A stretch of 64,000 bases of DNA, from contig CBDHDG010000007.1 of the NCBI GenBank assembly GCA_965261595.1, forward strand, positions 1,152,001-1,216,000, written 5' to 3'. Of the stretch, positions 1 through 9,553 are shown in pieces. This stretch comes from a bacterium (lineage in GTDB: Bacteria > UBA8248 > JACPRG01 > G963555815). The first letter of the stretch is position 1, and the number at the start of each line of letters is the position of its first letter. The notes beneath the pieces were generated by a model, which made no database searches, was not told the origin of the DNA, and worked only from the letters and a program-made list of their open reading frames with translations. Position numbers and translations under genes: made by a program.

Positions 1-396
1 CAAATCAAGTCCGTCCATGCTCCTTCGCATGGGGCCTATTGTCTTTGGTGGATTGTTGGATGGTCCGCTGGAAAGCGCATGCCGCCTTGCCGGAACCGTC
101 CCCGGCCGGCCGTAATTGTTTGATACATTCTGTTGATTTGAATCATCATTCCCGGGAAGGCCCGCGCTCGGGTTCGGTGTGATTCTGTGTTTCGGGATTC
201 ACGCGTTTGAACCGGCGCATTCCATCCGGTTGCCCTTTCGATACTTCAATCCAAAACCGGTTTCATTTCAGCGAGTGATTTCCGGAGAGATAAAAACCTG
301 AGTCGGTTGAATCCAGAAGCCCTTGACTCAACGCATAATAAATATAAGAATAATGAATTAAACATTATTGTAGCCGCATTCACCAGGGAGGTCAAG

Positions 397-804
397 ATGG
401 CCAAAGCATCGATTAGCAACATTATCAAGAAACAGCTTTCCGAGATAGGAAATCAAATCAGTAAGCATGAAAAGGCGCTCGGGGCGCTGAAACAACAGGA
501 GAAAAACATCAAGGAAGCCGCCCGGCTGTTGGGCGAAAAGACTGTGTCGACCCGAGGCCGGCCGGCGGCGGGTCGCAAGCCGACAGCCGGGGCTCCGGGC
601 CGCCCGGCGACACGAAAGAGACGCCGGAGAACCAATTGGGACGCCATCGCCAAAGCCCTTCCATCCGCCTTTACCATGGATGAGCTGGCCAAAACCTCGG
701 GCGCGGGGGGGAAAAGCCGCGCCTATCTTCACCAAATCATCAATCGATGGAAAAAGGCCGGGGTGATTAAGTCCGCGGGAAGAGCCAAGTACCAGCGGGT
801 GTAG
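397..804 (+). CDS. Small basic hypothetical protein (N-terminal coiled coil, K/R-rich GRP linker, possible C-terminal winged helix)
   Basis: ATG at 397 preceded by GGAGG; heptad-like N-terminus, RGRP/GRKP/PGRP motifs, C-terminal FTMDELAK...WKKAGVIKSAGRAKY. Confidence 0.7.
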   Translation: MAKASISNIIKKQLSEIGNQISKHEKALGALKQQEKNIKEAARLLGEKTVSTRGRPAAGRKPTAGAPGRPATRKRRRRTNWDAIAKALPSAFTMDELAKTSGAGGKSRAYLHQIINRWKKAGVIKSAGRAKYQRV

Positions 805-985
805 TCTGGTTCATCGGGTTCGGGCGGTTTGCCGGGGTGATTGGACGGGGACGCCACTCGGATGTCGTGGTGTCCCCGTGGGCCTCTCCATGGTTCTAAA
901 TCCGCTGGTTTCTTTTCCAATGGGATCCGCGCCAACAGTTGCGCGGGCGGAACCCATTCTCCGCTTTCGGCGGTAGACCGCCTTT

Positions 986-2200
986 GTGTCGGCGCTTTTC
1001 ACCCGGCGGGCGAATTCCTCGAACCTCGGGAGAACCGCTTCACCCTTGGAGCTGCGATGGCAGAGAGCGCCGGCGGAGATCCTTTACGGAAAAGGTTCAG
1101 CCGAGTTTCTCAAGGGCGTTCGCCGGGGCCGGACGGCGCTGATCGCCGATCGCGCCCTCCTGCCGTTCGGCCCGCTCGGACAGATCAACGACTGGCTGAG
1201 GGCCAATGGGCGCCCCTTGACCCGGATCGAGTTTCACGCCCGACCCCAAGAACCCTCCACCCGCACAGCGGAGGAGGCCGCCGGACGGCTTCGGGATTTC
1301 GAGCCGGACTTGGTGGTGGCCGTGGGCGGCGGTTCGACCCTTGAGCTGGCCAAGGCGGCTTGGTCTCTTTACGAACACCCGCACCTCGACGCCCCCGCGC
1401 TTCTGCGGGCTCCGGCCCTCCCGGCGCTCCGGCGCAGGGCGCGCTTGATCGCCCTGCCCGCCACCGCCGGGTCGGGCGCCGAAGTCACGCCCACGCTGGG
1501 ACTTTTTCAGGAAGGGCGGTTTCGTGAGTTGCGCGTGCTGTCCCTGATTCCCGACCGGGCGATTCTCGACCCGAACATATCGGCCGGGCTGCCGCCCGAG
1601 GCCGCCGCCGCGTCGCGATTCGACGCCCTCGCGCACGCGGTCGAGTCCTGTTTCTCGAACCTTCCCGGACCGATGGCCGACGTTCACGCCCGGGCCGCGC
1701 TTCCTTTGCTGCTGAACGGGCCGGATTCGGCCTTTGCCGACGATTCGGCCTTCGCCGACATGGCCGGGCGGGAGTCCCTGTTGTACGCATCCAGCATGGC
1801 CGGTCTCGCGGCGGGCAACAAACACCTGGGTCTGGCGCATGCTGCGGCGAACGCGCTGTGTGTTTATCATCCCCTCCCTCACGGGGAGGCGCTCGCCCTG
1901 GTTCTGCCGGAGGTCATCCGGTTCAACGCGAAATCGGCGGGAAAGCGGGCCGGCGCGCTGGCCCGGACGGTGGACCTCGAAGGGGCCGACGATCTCGCCG
2001 ATCGCGTCGAGGCGTTTCGGCGGGAGATCGGCTTCCGCGCGGAGCTGCCTTCGGCCGGGCCGGACCCGGAACGATGCCCGATTCAGCCGGAAGCGTTTGT
2101 CCGGGACGTTTTGACGTCCGTCCACCTGCCAACCAATCCGCGGCGGGTCACGGAGTCCGACGTCCATCGATTGTTGGAGAAGATCCGGCAGCGCCGTTGA
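986..2200 (+). CDS. Iron-containing alcohol dehydrogenase family protein
   Basis: VAVGGGS, PATAGSGAEVT, AILDP, DALAHAVES, GLAH...HG motifs; start uncertain. Confidence 0.85.
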   Translation: MSALFTRRANSSNLGRTASPLELRWQRAPAEILYGKGSAEFLKGVRRGRTALIADRALLPFGPLGQINDWLRANGRPLTRIEFHARPQEPSTRTAEEAAGRLRDFEPDLVVAVGGGSTLELAKAAWSLYEHPHLDAPALLRAPALPALRRRARLIALPATAGSGAEVTPTLGLFQEGRFRELRVLSLIPDRAILDPNISAGLPPEAAAASRFDALAHAVESCFSNLPGPMADVHARAALPLLLNGPDSAFADDSAFADMAGRESLLYASSMAGLAAGNKHLGLAHAAANALCVYHPLPHGEALALVLPEVIRFNAKSAGKRAGALARTVDLEGADDLADRVEAFRREIGFRAELPSAGPDPERCPIQPEAFVRDVLTSVHLPTNPRRVTESDVHRLLEKIRQRR

Positions 2201-2248
2201 ATCCGGACCCGTTCCGGCCCAGATTTCGATGAGAGGGGGTCGGGTCGG

Positions 2249-2737
2249 ATGCATCGCTCCGAAAGTCGTCCCCCATACGGAGACCGCCCCTTGATGCACA
2301 TCATGGAAATGCGGGTCCCCTGGCATGACACGGACAGCGCCAACATCGTCCACCACGCCAATTATTTTCACTGGACGGAGCAGGCGGAGATCGAGTTGTT
2401 CCGCAAATCAGGGAAATCCCGAAAACAAATCGGCGAAGAGACCGGCACGATGCTGCCGCGGCTCCACGTGGAGTGCGATCATTTCTCGCCGGTGTATGAA
2501 GACGATCTCATCGAGGTCAGAACGAAGGTCCTCAAACTGGCTGAAAAGACCTTCCATTTTCACCATGAGATCCACCGTCCGGCGGACGAGGCGCACCTCG
2601 CGACGGTCGAGCTGGTTATTTGCTGCGCCAAGGTCCTGGAGGACGGGACGATGCGCGCAAACGTCATTCCGGATGTGATGGCCGCCGAGCTGAGGAAGTA
2701 TCTCGCGCCCGAGGCGCCCGGCGGGGACAGCGAGTAG
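2249..2737 (+). CDS. Acyl-CoA thioesterase (4-hydroxybenzoyl-CoA thioesterase/YbgC hot-dog fold)
   Basis: RVPWHDTDSANIVHHANYFHW motif; start may be a downstream ATG. Confidence 0.85.
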   Translation: MHRSESRPPYGDRPLMHIMEMRVPWHDTDSANIVHHANYFHWTEQAEIELFRKSGKSRKQIGEETGTMLPRLHVECDHFSPVYEDDLIEVRTKVLKLAEKTFHFHHEIHRPADEAHLATVELVICCAKVLEDGTMRANVIPDVMAAELRKYLAPEAPGGDSE

Positions 2738-2829
2738 CTCCCATGGCTTTCCTTGCAAAGAGAAGAGGTTTCATTCCGTCCACTCGTTTTGAATAACCCT
2801 GCCATGGAAGGCGACATGATCATGGGCCT

Positions 2830-4227
2830 GTGTTTGATTTCCTGTCGAATCGCCGGGAGAGATTTTCCGGCGTGATGAGCGATCCTCAGGATTCGTTGAA
2901 GCAACTCCGCAAGGACGCCAAGGCCATCTTCGAGGCGGCCCTCCTCGCGGTGGATCCCTACGACGCGGTTTGCCGGAATCTCCGGATGGACGGCGAGGTT
3001 CTCTACGTAAGCGGCGAGGCGTTGCCCTGTCCGCGGCGCGTCTTCGTCGTCGGGTTCGGAAAGGCCGCCGCCCCCATGGCCCAGGCCCTGGAGGAGATCC
3101 TGGGGGACCGGATAGCGGGAGGCGCGGTCACCGTCAAGGAAGGACACGCCCTCGCCCTCGGCCGCGTGCGGGTGACGGAGGCCGGCCACCCCATCCCGGA
3201 TGAGCGCGGACTGGCGGGGGCCGGGGAGATCGTCCGAATCCTGGAACCCCTGGGGAAAGACGACCTCGTCCTCTGCGTTGTCTCGGGAGGCGGCTCGGCC
3301 CTGCTTCCCTTGCCCGTGGAAGGGGTGTCCCTGGAGGAGAAGGGCGCCGCGACGCAGGCCCTCATGGACGCCGGCGCCACCATCCATGAGATGAACGGTG
3401 TGCGCAAGCATCTCTCCCGGGTGAAGGGGGGCCGCCTGGCCCGCCTGGCCGCCCCCGCCGCGCTGGTCTCGCTCGTCCTGTCCGATGTCGTGGGAGACGA
3501 CCCCGACACCATCGCTTCCGGACCCACGGTCCCCGATGGCACGACCTATGCAAATGCCTTGGAGATCATCGAGGGACGGGGGATTCGGCGACAGTTGCCC
3601 CGGTCGGTGATCGGGCGCATCGAGGCCGGCGCCGCCGGAAAGTTTCCGGAGACCCCAAAGGCGGGAGACCCGGCGTTCCAGCGGACGCGCTTCGCCCTCG
3701 TGGGGAACAACATGCTGGCGCTTCAGGCGGCGGCAAAGTCCGCCGAGGGGATGGGATACCGGCCGCTGATCCTCTCCTCCTGTGTCGAGGGGGAAACGCG
3801 GGGGGCGGCGCGGGTCCACGCGGCGATCGTCCGTGAGAGCCGGGCCAGCGGCAATCCGGCCGTCCCGCCCGTCTGCATCCTTTCAGGAGGAGAGACGACG
3901 GTCACCCTTCGCGACGGGGGGAGGGGGGGGGGAAGGGGAGGCAGGAACCAGGAGTTCGCCCTGGCCGCCGGCATTGGGATGGCGGGCGTCCGGGAGGCGG
4001 TCCTGCTGAGCGCCGGGACCGATGGAACGGACGGCCCCACCGACGCGGCCGGGGCGTTCGTGGACGGGACGACGGTCGAAAGGGCCGAGGCCCTCGGACT
4101 GGATCCCCAAGAAGCCCTAGACGGGAATGACGCCTACCCATTCTTCGAGAGGCTCGGAGACCTCCTCATCACCGGGCCGACGCGGACCAATGTGATGGAC
4201 GTCCGGATATTTCTCATCGGGCGCTGA
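2830..4227 (+). CDS. Glycerate kinase (MOFRL/TtuD-type)
   Basis: GFGKAA, AGHPIPD, SGGGSAL, RKHLSRVKGG, SDVVGDD..IASGPT, GGETTV, GGRNQE, GTDGTDGPTDAAG, TGPTRTNVMD. Confidence 0.95.
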   Translation: MFDFLSNRRERFSGVMSDPQDSLKQLRKDAKAIFEAALLAVDPYDAVCRNLRMDGEVLYVSGEALPCPRRVFVVGFGKAAAPMAQALEEILGDRIAGGAVTVKEGHALALGRVRVTEAGHPIPDERGLAGAGEIVRILEPLGKDDLVLCVVSGGGSALLPLPVEGVSLEEKGAATQALMDAGATIHEMNGVRKHLSRVKGGRLARLAAPAALVSLVLSDVVGDDPDTIASGPTVPDGTTYANALEIIEGRGIRRQLPRSVIGRIEAGAAGKFPETPKAGDPAFQRTRFALVGNNMLALQAAAKSAEGMGYRPLILSSCVEGETRGAARVHAAIVRESRASGNPAVPPVCILSGGETTVTLRDGGRGGGRGGRNQEFALAAGIGMAGVREAVLLSAGTDGTDGPTDAAGAFVDGTTVERAEALGLDPQEALDGNDAYPFFERLGDLLITGPTRTNVMDVRIFLIGR

Positions 4228-4249
4228 TCCACGGCACACGGAAAGGCGG

Positions 4250-5683
4250 GTGTCCAAGATGGCGGAGCATCGGCGGGCGAAGATCGTTTGCACACTGGGT
4301 CCGGCGACCTTCTCATCCGGGAAGATCGTACAGTTGATCAAAGCCGGCATGGATGTCGCGCGCCTGAATTTCTCCCATGGTACGGTTCAGCAGCATGCCC
4401 GAACCGTACGTATCGTTCGCAAGGCGGCCTCCGACCTGGGCAAACCGGTCGCGATCCTCCTGGACCTTCCGGGACCGAAGATCCGCGTCGGGGACATCGC
4501 CGGGGGCGAAGTCGAGCTGAAGGCCGGCCGGCAGATCGTCCTGACGGGCCGGCGGGTGGTGGGGACCGACCAGCGGATCTCTTCCACCTACCCCAACATG
4601 GCGAAAGACGTCCGGCCCGGCGACAGGATCCTTATCGATGACGGAAGGATTCACCTGCGGGTCCGGCAGGTCGACGGCCGGGACATCCGCTGCCGGATCG
4701 AGCACGGCGGGACGCTGTACAGCCAAAAGGGGATCAACCTTCCCGGCTCCGCGCTCTCCATCCCCTCGCTCACGCCGCGCGACCGGGAGGGGCTGGCTTT
4801 CGGCCTGGAAGCCGGGGTGGATTACCTGGCGGTCTCGTTCGTCCGCACGGCGAAAGACCTCCAGGCGACAAGACGTCTCATGCGCAGGAAAGGCGGCAAG
4901 ATCCCGCTGGTCGCGAAGATCGAAAAACCCCAGGCGGTCGAAAATCTGGACGCCATCCTAGATGAGACCGACGCCGTCATGGTCGCCCGGGGCGATTTGG
5001 GCGTAGAGCTTCTTCCCGAAAGGGTGCCCCTGGTGCAGAAGGCGATCATCGACGCCGCCAATGTCCGCGGTTACGCCGTCATCACGGCGACGGAGATGCT
5101 CTTTTCGATGATGGAGAACCCCCAGCCGACGCGCGCCGAGGCCTCCGACGTGGCCAACGCGATCCTGGACGGCACGGACGCGGTCATGCTGTCCGGGGAA
5201 ACCGCCACCGGACGCTACCCGGTGGAGTCCGTCAAGATAATGGCCCGGATCATCCGGGAGACCGAGCGCTGCTCGGACGCCTGTTTCAGGGATTTTCCCG
5301 ACCGGGTGCGCACCCTCTCCACGGTGGTGGCCTCGGCCGCCTGCCAGGCGGCGGAAGACGCTCCCGCGCGCGCCATCGTCGCCTTCACCCGTTCCGGTTT
5401 GACGGCCCGCTTGGTCTCCAAGCACCGCCCCCGGGTGAGAATCTTCGCCTATACGCCCGACCGGGCCACGCTCCGCCGGCTGTCTCTGGATTGGGGGGTC
5501 ACGGCCTTCCACATACCCGTCGGCCGCCGGATCAACGAGATGATCGAACGGGTCGAGGCGGACCTTCTTCAAAAGCGGCTTGTCCGTCCCCGAGATATTG
5601 TCGTCTTCGTGGGGAGCACCCCGGTCTCGCAAGGGGGACCGACGAACCTCATGAAGGTGCGCACCGTCAAATCCCGACGCTGA
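4250..5683 (+). CDS. pyk: Pyruvate kinase
   Basis: KIVCTLGPA, ARLNFSHG, DLPGPKIR, AKIEK, MVARGDLGVE, PTRAEASDVANAILDGTDAVMLSGETA. Confidence 0.98.
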   Translation: MSKMAEHRRAKIVCTLGPATFSSGKIVQLIKAGMDVARLNFSHGTVQQHARTVRIVRKAASDLGKPVAILLDLPGPKIRVGDIAGGEVELKAGRQIVLTGRRVVGTDQRISSTYPNMAKDVRPGDRILIDDGRIHLRVRQVDGRDIRCRIEHGGTLYSQKGINLPGSALSIPSLTPRDREGLAFGLEAGVDYLAVSFVRTAKDLQATRRLMRRKGGKIPLVAKIEKPQAVENLDAILDETDAVMVARGDLGVELLPERVPLVQKAIIDAANVRGYAVITATEMLFSMMENPQPTRAEASDVANAILDGTDAVMLSGETATGRYPVESVKIMARIIRETERCSDACFRDFPDRVRTLSTVVASAACQAAEDAPARAIVAFTRSGLTARLVSKHRPRVRIFAYTPDRATLRRLSLDWGVTAFHIPVGRRINEMIERVEADLLQKRLVRPRDIVVFVGSTPVSQGGPTNLMKVRTVKSRR

Positions 5684-5771
5684 AGGGCGGGAGGGGGAAG
5701 GGGCGGGGGAGGGTCCGTGGGTTGCGCCCCCGGCTGAAGGGGGAGTGGCTCCCTCCGCATTTCCGCTCGCG

Positions 5772-6485
5772 TTACGCGCCGCTCCCGGCTTTTTCCATTG
5801 CTTTTCGCTTCGCCGCCGCGTCGAAGGTTTCCAGAAGCGTTTGCGAGTGCGCGACCCAACCGAAGACGTGCTCGAAGTTCCATAGCGTGGCCTGCCGGTT
5901 GAAGTCCGGCCCGGAGTGGTTCATGGCGTCCTCGACGAGGATGGGCCAGTACTCGCCGAAGAAAGCGTCGCGGGCCGTGCTTTCAACGCAGACGTTCGTG
6001 GCGATCCCCGTGAAGAGCAGATACCGGATGTCCTCGGCTCGAAGGCAGGCGTCGAGATCGGTCCCCGCGAATCCGCTGTAACGGGCCTTGTGGATTACCC
6101 GGTCTCCCGGCTCGGGCGTCAGCTCGTCCACGACCTGCCAGTCCCAGGTCCCTTCGATCAGGAGCTGTCCTTCCAGCTCCGGCCGCTTCCGACCCAGGAC
6201 GAGCCCGAGCTCCTTATGGTAATTGGGCGAGAGGGCCCCGCCCCCGTTGCTGAGGTCCGGCTTGTACGTCATCATCAAGTAGACGATTTTCACCCCCGCC
6301 TCCCGGGCCGCCGTCAGGAGGCGGCGGTTCACCTCGATGACCGGCGCCGCGCCCGAGATGTCGAACCCGGCGAGGTCGAACATCCCTTTCTTCTTGGCGA
6401 AGGCGTTCTGGATATCGACGACGACGAGGGCCGTCCGATCGAGGTCGATCGTGACCGGCTCCGGTTTTGCCGACAGGGTGACCAT
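5772..6485 (-). CDS. Isochorismatase-family cysteine hydrolase (RutB-like)
   Basis: TALVVVDIQNAF, KARYSGF, FTGIATNVCVEST; ATG 6485 with upstream AGGAG. Confidence 0.9.
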   Translation of the reverse strand: MVTLSAKPEPVTIDLDRTALVVVDIQNAFAKKKGMFDLAGFDISGAAPVIEVNRRLLTAAREAGVKIVYLMMTYKPDLSNGGGALSPNYHKELGLVLGRKRPELEGQLLIEGTWDWQVVDELTPEPGDRVIHKARYSGFAGTDLDACLRAEDIRYLLFTGIATNVCVESTARDAFFGEYWPILVEDAMNHSGPDFNRQATLWNFEHVFGWVAHSQTLLETFDAAAKRKAMEKAGSGA

Positions 6486-6695
6486 TGCGCTCCTCCCCTT
6501 CCGTGACGAGGCTGCAATTTCCACGGAATCCCGGGCGCGGGCCGATGCGCCTGATCCCGCCGTTGCGGTGAATGCGATGAATTCATCATAGCAAGGAACG
6601 CTGTAAGAAATCCGCATGGATGTAACGCTCGGGCGCGATCCGGAAATCGGGGATCGGTGCGCCCGTAGCTGGGGGGGGAGGGGGGGGAGAATCCC

Positions 6696-7976
6696 ATGCG
6701 ACGGTGGAGACTGGATTTCGCATGGAAAACCGCTCTCCTCGTCTATCTGCTCACGGCCTGCGCGCCGGCGGAGACCCCGCCGACTATCTCCCCGCCGAAG
6801 CCGCCGCGGAAGGAGGCCGCTCCCACTGTCCGCGAGGTTCCGAAGCCCAAAGAAAAAACGGCGCGCGTTCTAATATTCCGCGACAGGCGGCGCCCGAAGG
6901 TCTCTCCCAAGGAACCTCCGGCCAAAGAGGTGGATGTCGACGCGCTTTTTGCCCGGGCGGTGGTCGCGCGGAAAAGGGCGGGCTGGAAGGCCGCCATCGC
7001 CCTTTTGGAGCGGGCCGTCACGATCAATCCCCGGTTCGGCGAGGCCTTCAACGACCTGGGCGTCGCCCGATTTCACCTCGGCCGGACGGCCGAGGCGAGA
7101 AAGGCGTTCGAGCGGGCCCTTCGGATCTTCCAGAAGAAACGGGACCGCCAAGGCGTCGGCTGGAGCCGGGCCAACCTGGCGGCGCTGGCCCAGCGGGAGC
7201 ATCGGTATTCCGAAGCCATGCGGCTCTATCGCGAATCAATGTTCTCCTTTCGCCGCCGGGCCGACGAATCCAACGTCGCGGCCGGTTTGACCAACATGGG
7301 TCTCATCCACGAGGCCCGGGGGAAGTACGGCCCGGCGGAGAGGCTCCACCGGGAGGCGCTGACCCGCTCCCTCCGCCTCGGCGACGCGTGGGGCGTCGCG
7401 ACGGCCTTGAACAACCTCGGCAACGCCCTCGCTGAGCAGGGAAAGTATCGGGAGGCCCTGACGCACTACGAGAAGTCGCGCCACATCGCCCTCCGTCTGG
7501 GCGATAGGCGTTTGGAGGCGAAGAGCCTGAGCAACCAGGCGCTCGTTCGGGAGTCGCTCGGGAGAATCGGCGAGGCCCTGCGCCTGCACCGTGCGGCGCT
7601 GGGCGTATTTGAAGACGTGGGCGACGAACGGGCGGCCGCCCGGAGCCTCAACAACCTCGCGAATCTGCACGAGGCCCGGGGACGGCGGGAGCGGGCGGCG
7701 GGGCTTTACGAAAAGTCCCTGGCCATCAAGCGGCGTCTCGGCGATGCGCGTGGCGTCGCCGTGTCGCTGAACAACCTCGCCAACATCCAAAAATCGCTGG
7801 GGAAACTGTCCGAGGCGTTGCGGGGGTACTGCGAGGGGCTTTCAATCAGCCGGCGTCTCGGCCTCGCGCCGCTGGAGAAGCTGATCGAAGACAATATCGG
7901 TCTCTTGCGGAAAAAGCGGCCGGGTCTTGCCTGCTGGAATTCCGGAGGGCCGTCATCCCTTCAGAAAAAGCCTTGA
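6696..7976 (+). CDS. Tetratricopeptide-repeat protein, probable lipoprotein
   Basis: LLTAC lipobox, Pro-rich linker, repeated AxxLNNLG/A..Y..SL TPR units. Confidence 0.85.
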   Translation: MRRWRLDFAWKTALLVYLLTACAPAETPPTISPPKPPRKEAAPTVREVPKPKEKTARVLIFRDRRRPKVSPKEPPAKEVDVDALFARAVVARKRAGWKAAIALLERAVTINPRFGEAFNDLGVARFHLGRTAEARKAFERALRIFQKKRDRQGVGWSRANLAALAQREHRYSEAMRLYRESMFSFRRRADESNVAAGLTNMGLIHEARGKYGPAERLHREALTRSLRLGDAWGVATALNNLGNALAEQGKYREALTHYEKSRHIALRLGDRRLEAKSLSNQALVRESLGRIGEALRLHRAALGVFEDVGDERAAARSLNNLANLHEARGRRERAAGLYEKSLAIKRRLGDARGVAVSLNNLANIQKSLGKLSEALRGYCEGLSISRRLGLAPLEKLIEDNIGLLRKKRPGLACWNSGGPSSLQKKP

Positions 7977-8061
7977 AACTGTCCCCTCGGATCCTCCCGA
8001 CATCGTGCCTTCCGCCGTGTAAGCTATAATGTAGCCGGACAGACCCGCTGTGGAGCAACGG

Positions 8062-8244
8062 ATGACAGATCATAATCGCCGGCCGCCGCGGACCCCGCCC
8101 CCTCCGACGAAACCGAATCCACCAGCCGCTCGGCCCACCGCCGTCATTTGCCTTGTGTGCGGTTCCACCGAAGTCCACGAGCGGCACGCCAAGGTCTTCT
8201 GCGCCAAGTGCCATGTGCCCCTTGAGAACTGCTGCGGGGATTGA
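8062..8244 (+). CDS. Small Cys-rich (zinc-ribbon-like) hypothetical protein
   Basis: CLVC...CAKC...CC; GGAG before ATG 8062; TATAAT at 8025-8030. Confidence 0.55.
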   Translation: MTDHNRRPPRTPPPPTKPNPPAARPTAVICLVCGSTEVHERHAKVFCAKCHVPLENCCGD

Positions 8245-8453
8245 GGGCTTCGACTCATTGAATCGCGGAAGGGCTGAAACGATGAAAATGGTTTGCTTTT
8301 TAGGCGCTGTGGCGTCACATGGATCGAACTTCAATCCACCCATGATGAAGGTGAAATCGTTCCGTTCAGGGATTTGAAGGACTACGTAAGGAAATTGCCA
8401 AAAGAATAAAAAGGTGAAAAACGGATTCCTTGTCTCAGAGAAAAGTTTTGCTG

Positions 8454-8549
8454 TTGCGCAAGAGGGCGGCCCTATCGGGCCGCCCTCTTGCGCAAAACGA
8501 AAGTTTTCCGGGGGGTCCAGGGGGGCGGTTTTCAAAAAGCGCCCCCTGG
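8454..8549. repeat. Double-hairpin element, copy A
   Basis: Perfect 19-bp stem 8454-8472/8477-8495, linker AAACGAAAGTTTT, second hairpin CCAGGGGGGC...GCCCCCTGG; related copy at 42078-42168. Confidence 0.8.
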
Positions 8550-8553
8550 GACT

Positions 8554-9543
8554 TTACGTTCTCACCGAAACCCCTTCCATGACCTTCCGGACCGCGTCGA
8601 CGATCTTTTCCTCATTCGGGAGGACGTAGTCCTCCAGGGGCTTGCTGAAGGGGATGGGGGCGTCGTGGGCCGCGACGCGGGCGATGGGGGCGTCCAGGTA
8701 GTCGAAGGCCTCCTCATTGATCACCGCCGAGATCTCCGCCCCGACGCCGCCGGTCTTGCACCCCTCCTCGACGATGACCACCCGGTTCGTCTTCCGGACC
8801 GCTTCGGCGATGCCCTCCTTGTCCAGCGGGACGAGCGTCCTCGGGTCCAGGACCATGGCGCTGATCCCCTCCTTCTCCAGGGTCTCGGCGGCGGCCAGGG
8901 CCTTGGTGACCATGAACGACAGGGCGATGACGCAAACGTCCGTTCCGTCCCGCTTGATGTCCGCTTTCCCGAGGGGGATCGTGTACTCTTCTTCCGGCAC
9001 CGGACCCGAGATCTTGTAGAGGGCCTTGTGCTCGAAGAAGGCGACGGGGTTGGGGTCCCGGATGGCGCTTTTGAGAAGACCCTTGCCGTCCCGGGAGTCG
9101 GAGGGCATGACGACCTTCAGCCCCGGAGAATGGATCAAGAGCGCTTCGAGGCTCTGGCTGTGCGTCGCGCCGAAGTTGAAGTACCCGCCGCTCGGCAGCC
9201 GGAGCACCAACGGAACGGAAAGTTGCCCGCCGAACATGTATCGGGTCTTGCTGGCCTGGTTGAAGATCTGGTCCATGGCGACGAACATGAAGTCGCTGAA
9301 CTGGAGCTCGGGCACGGGCCTCATGCCCATGAGCGCCGCCCCGACCGCCGCCCCCATGATCGCCGACTCGCTGATGGGCGTATCGCGGACGCGGTCCGCC
9401 CCGAACTCGTCTATCAGCCCGCGCGTCACCGACCACACGTAAGCCAGCCCGATGTCCTCGCCGAGACAGAAGACCTTCGCGTCCCGTTTCATTTCTTCTC
9501 TCAAGGCCTCGTTCAAGGCCTCCCACATCATGATCTCGCGCAT
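8554..9543 (-). CDS. Pyruvate/acetoin-type dehydrogenase E1 beta subunit
   Basis: GEDIG, RVRDTPISES, DQIFNQA, ATHSQS, FFEHKALY, LDPRTLVPLD. Confidence 0.95.
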   Translation of the reverse strand: MREIMMWEALNEALREEMKRDAKVFCLGEDIGLAYVWSVTRGLIDEFGADRVRDTPISESAIMGAAVGAALMGMRPVPELQFSDFMFVAMDQIFNQASKTRYMFGGQLSVPLVLRLPSGGYFNFGATHSQSLEALLIHSPGLKVVMPSDSRDGKGLLKSAIRDPNPVAFFEHKALYKISGPVPEEEYTIPLGKADIKRDGTDVCVIALSFMVTKALAAAETLEKEGISAMVLDPRTLVPLDKEGIAEAVRKTNRVVIVEEGCKTGGVGAEISAVINEEAFDYLDAPIARVAAHDAPIPFSKPLEDYVLPNEEKIVDAVRKVMEGVSVRT

Positions 9544-9553
9544 GGCGGTTTCC

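Noticed and set aside
1..18. Start of a minus-strand gene (AAGGAG...ATG GAC GGA CTT GAT TTG)
   Set aside because: Only six codons lie in the window; the product cannot be called.
1724..1759. 18-bp tandem duplication (DSAFAD x2) in the Fe-ADH gene
   Set aside because: Real but in-frame and only two units; probably neutral slippage.
2830..5683. Glycerate kinase-pyk pair as a novel pathway
   Set aside because: Known ttuD-ttuE-type arrangement.
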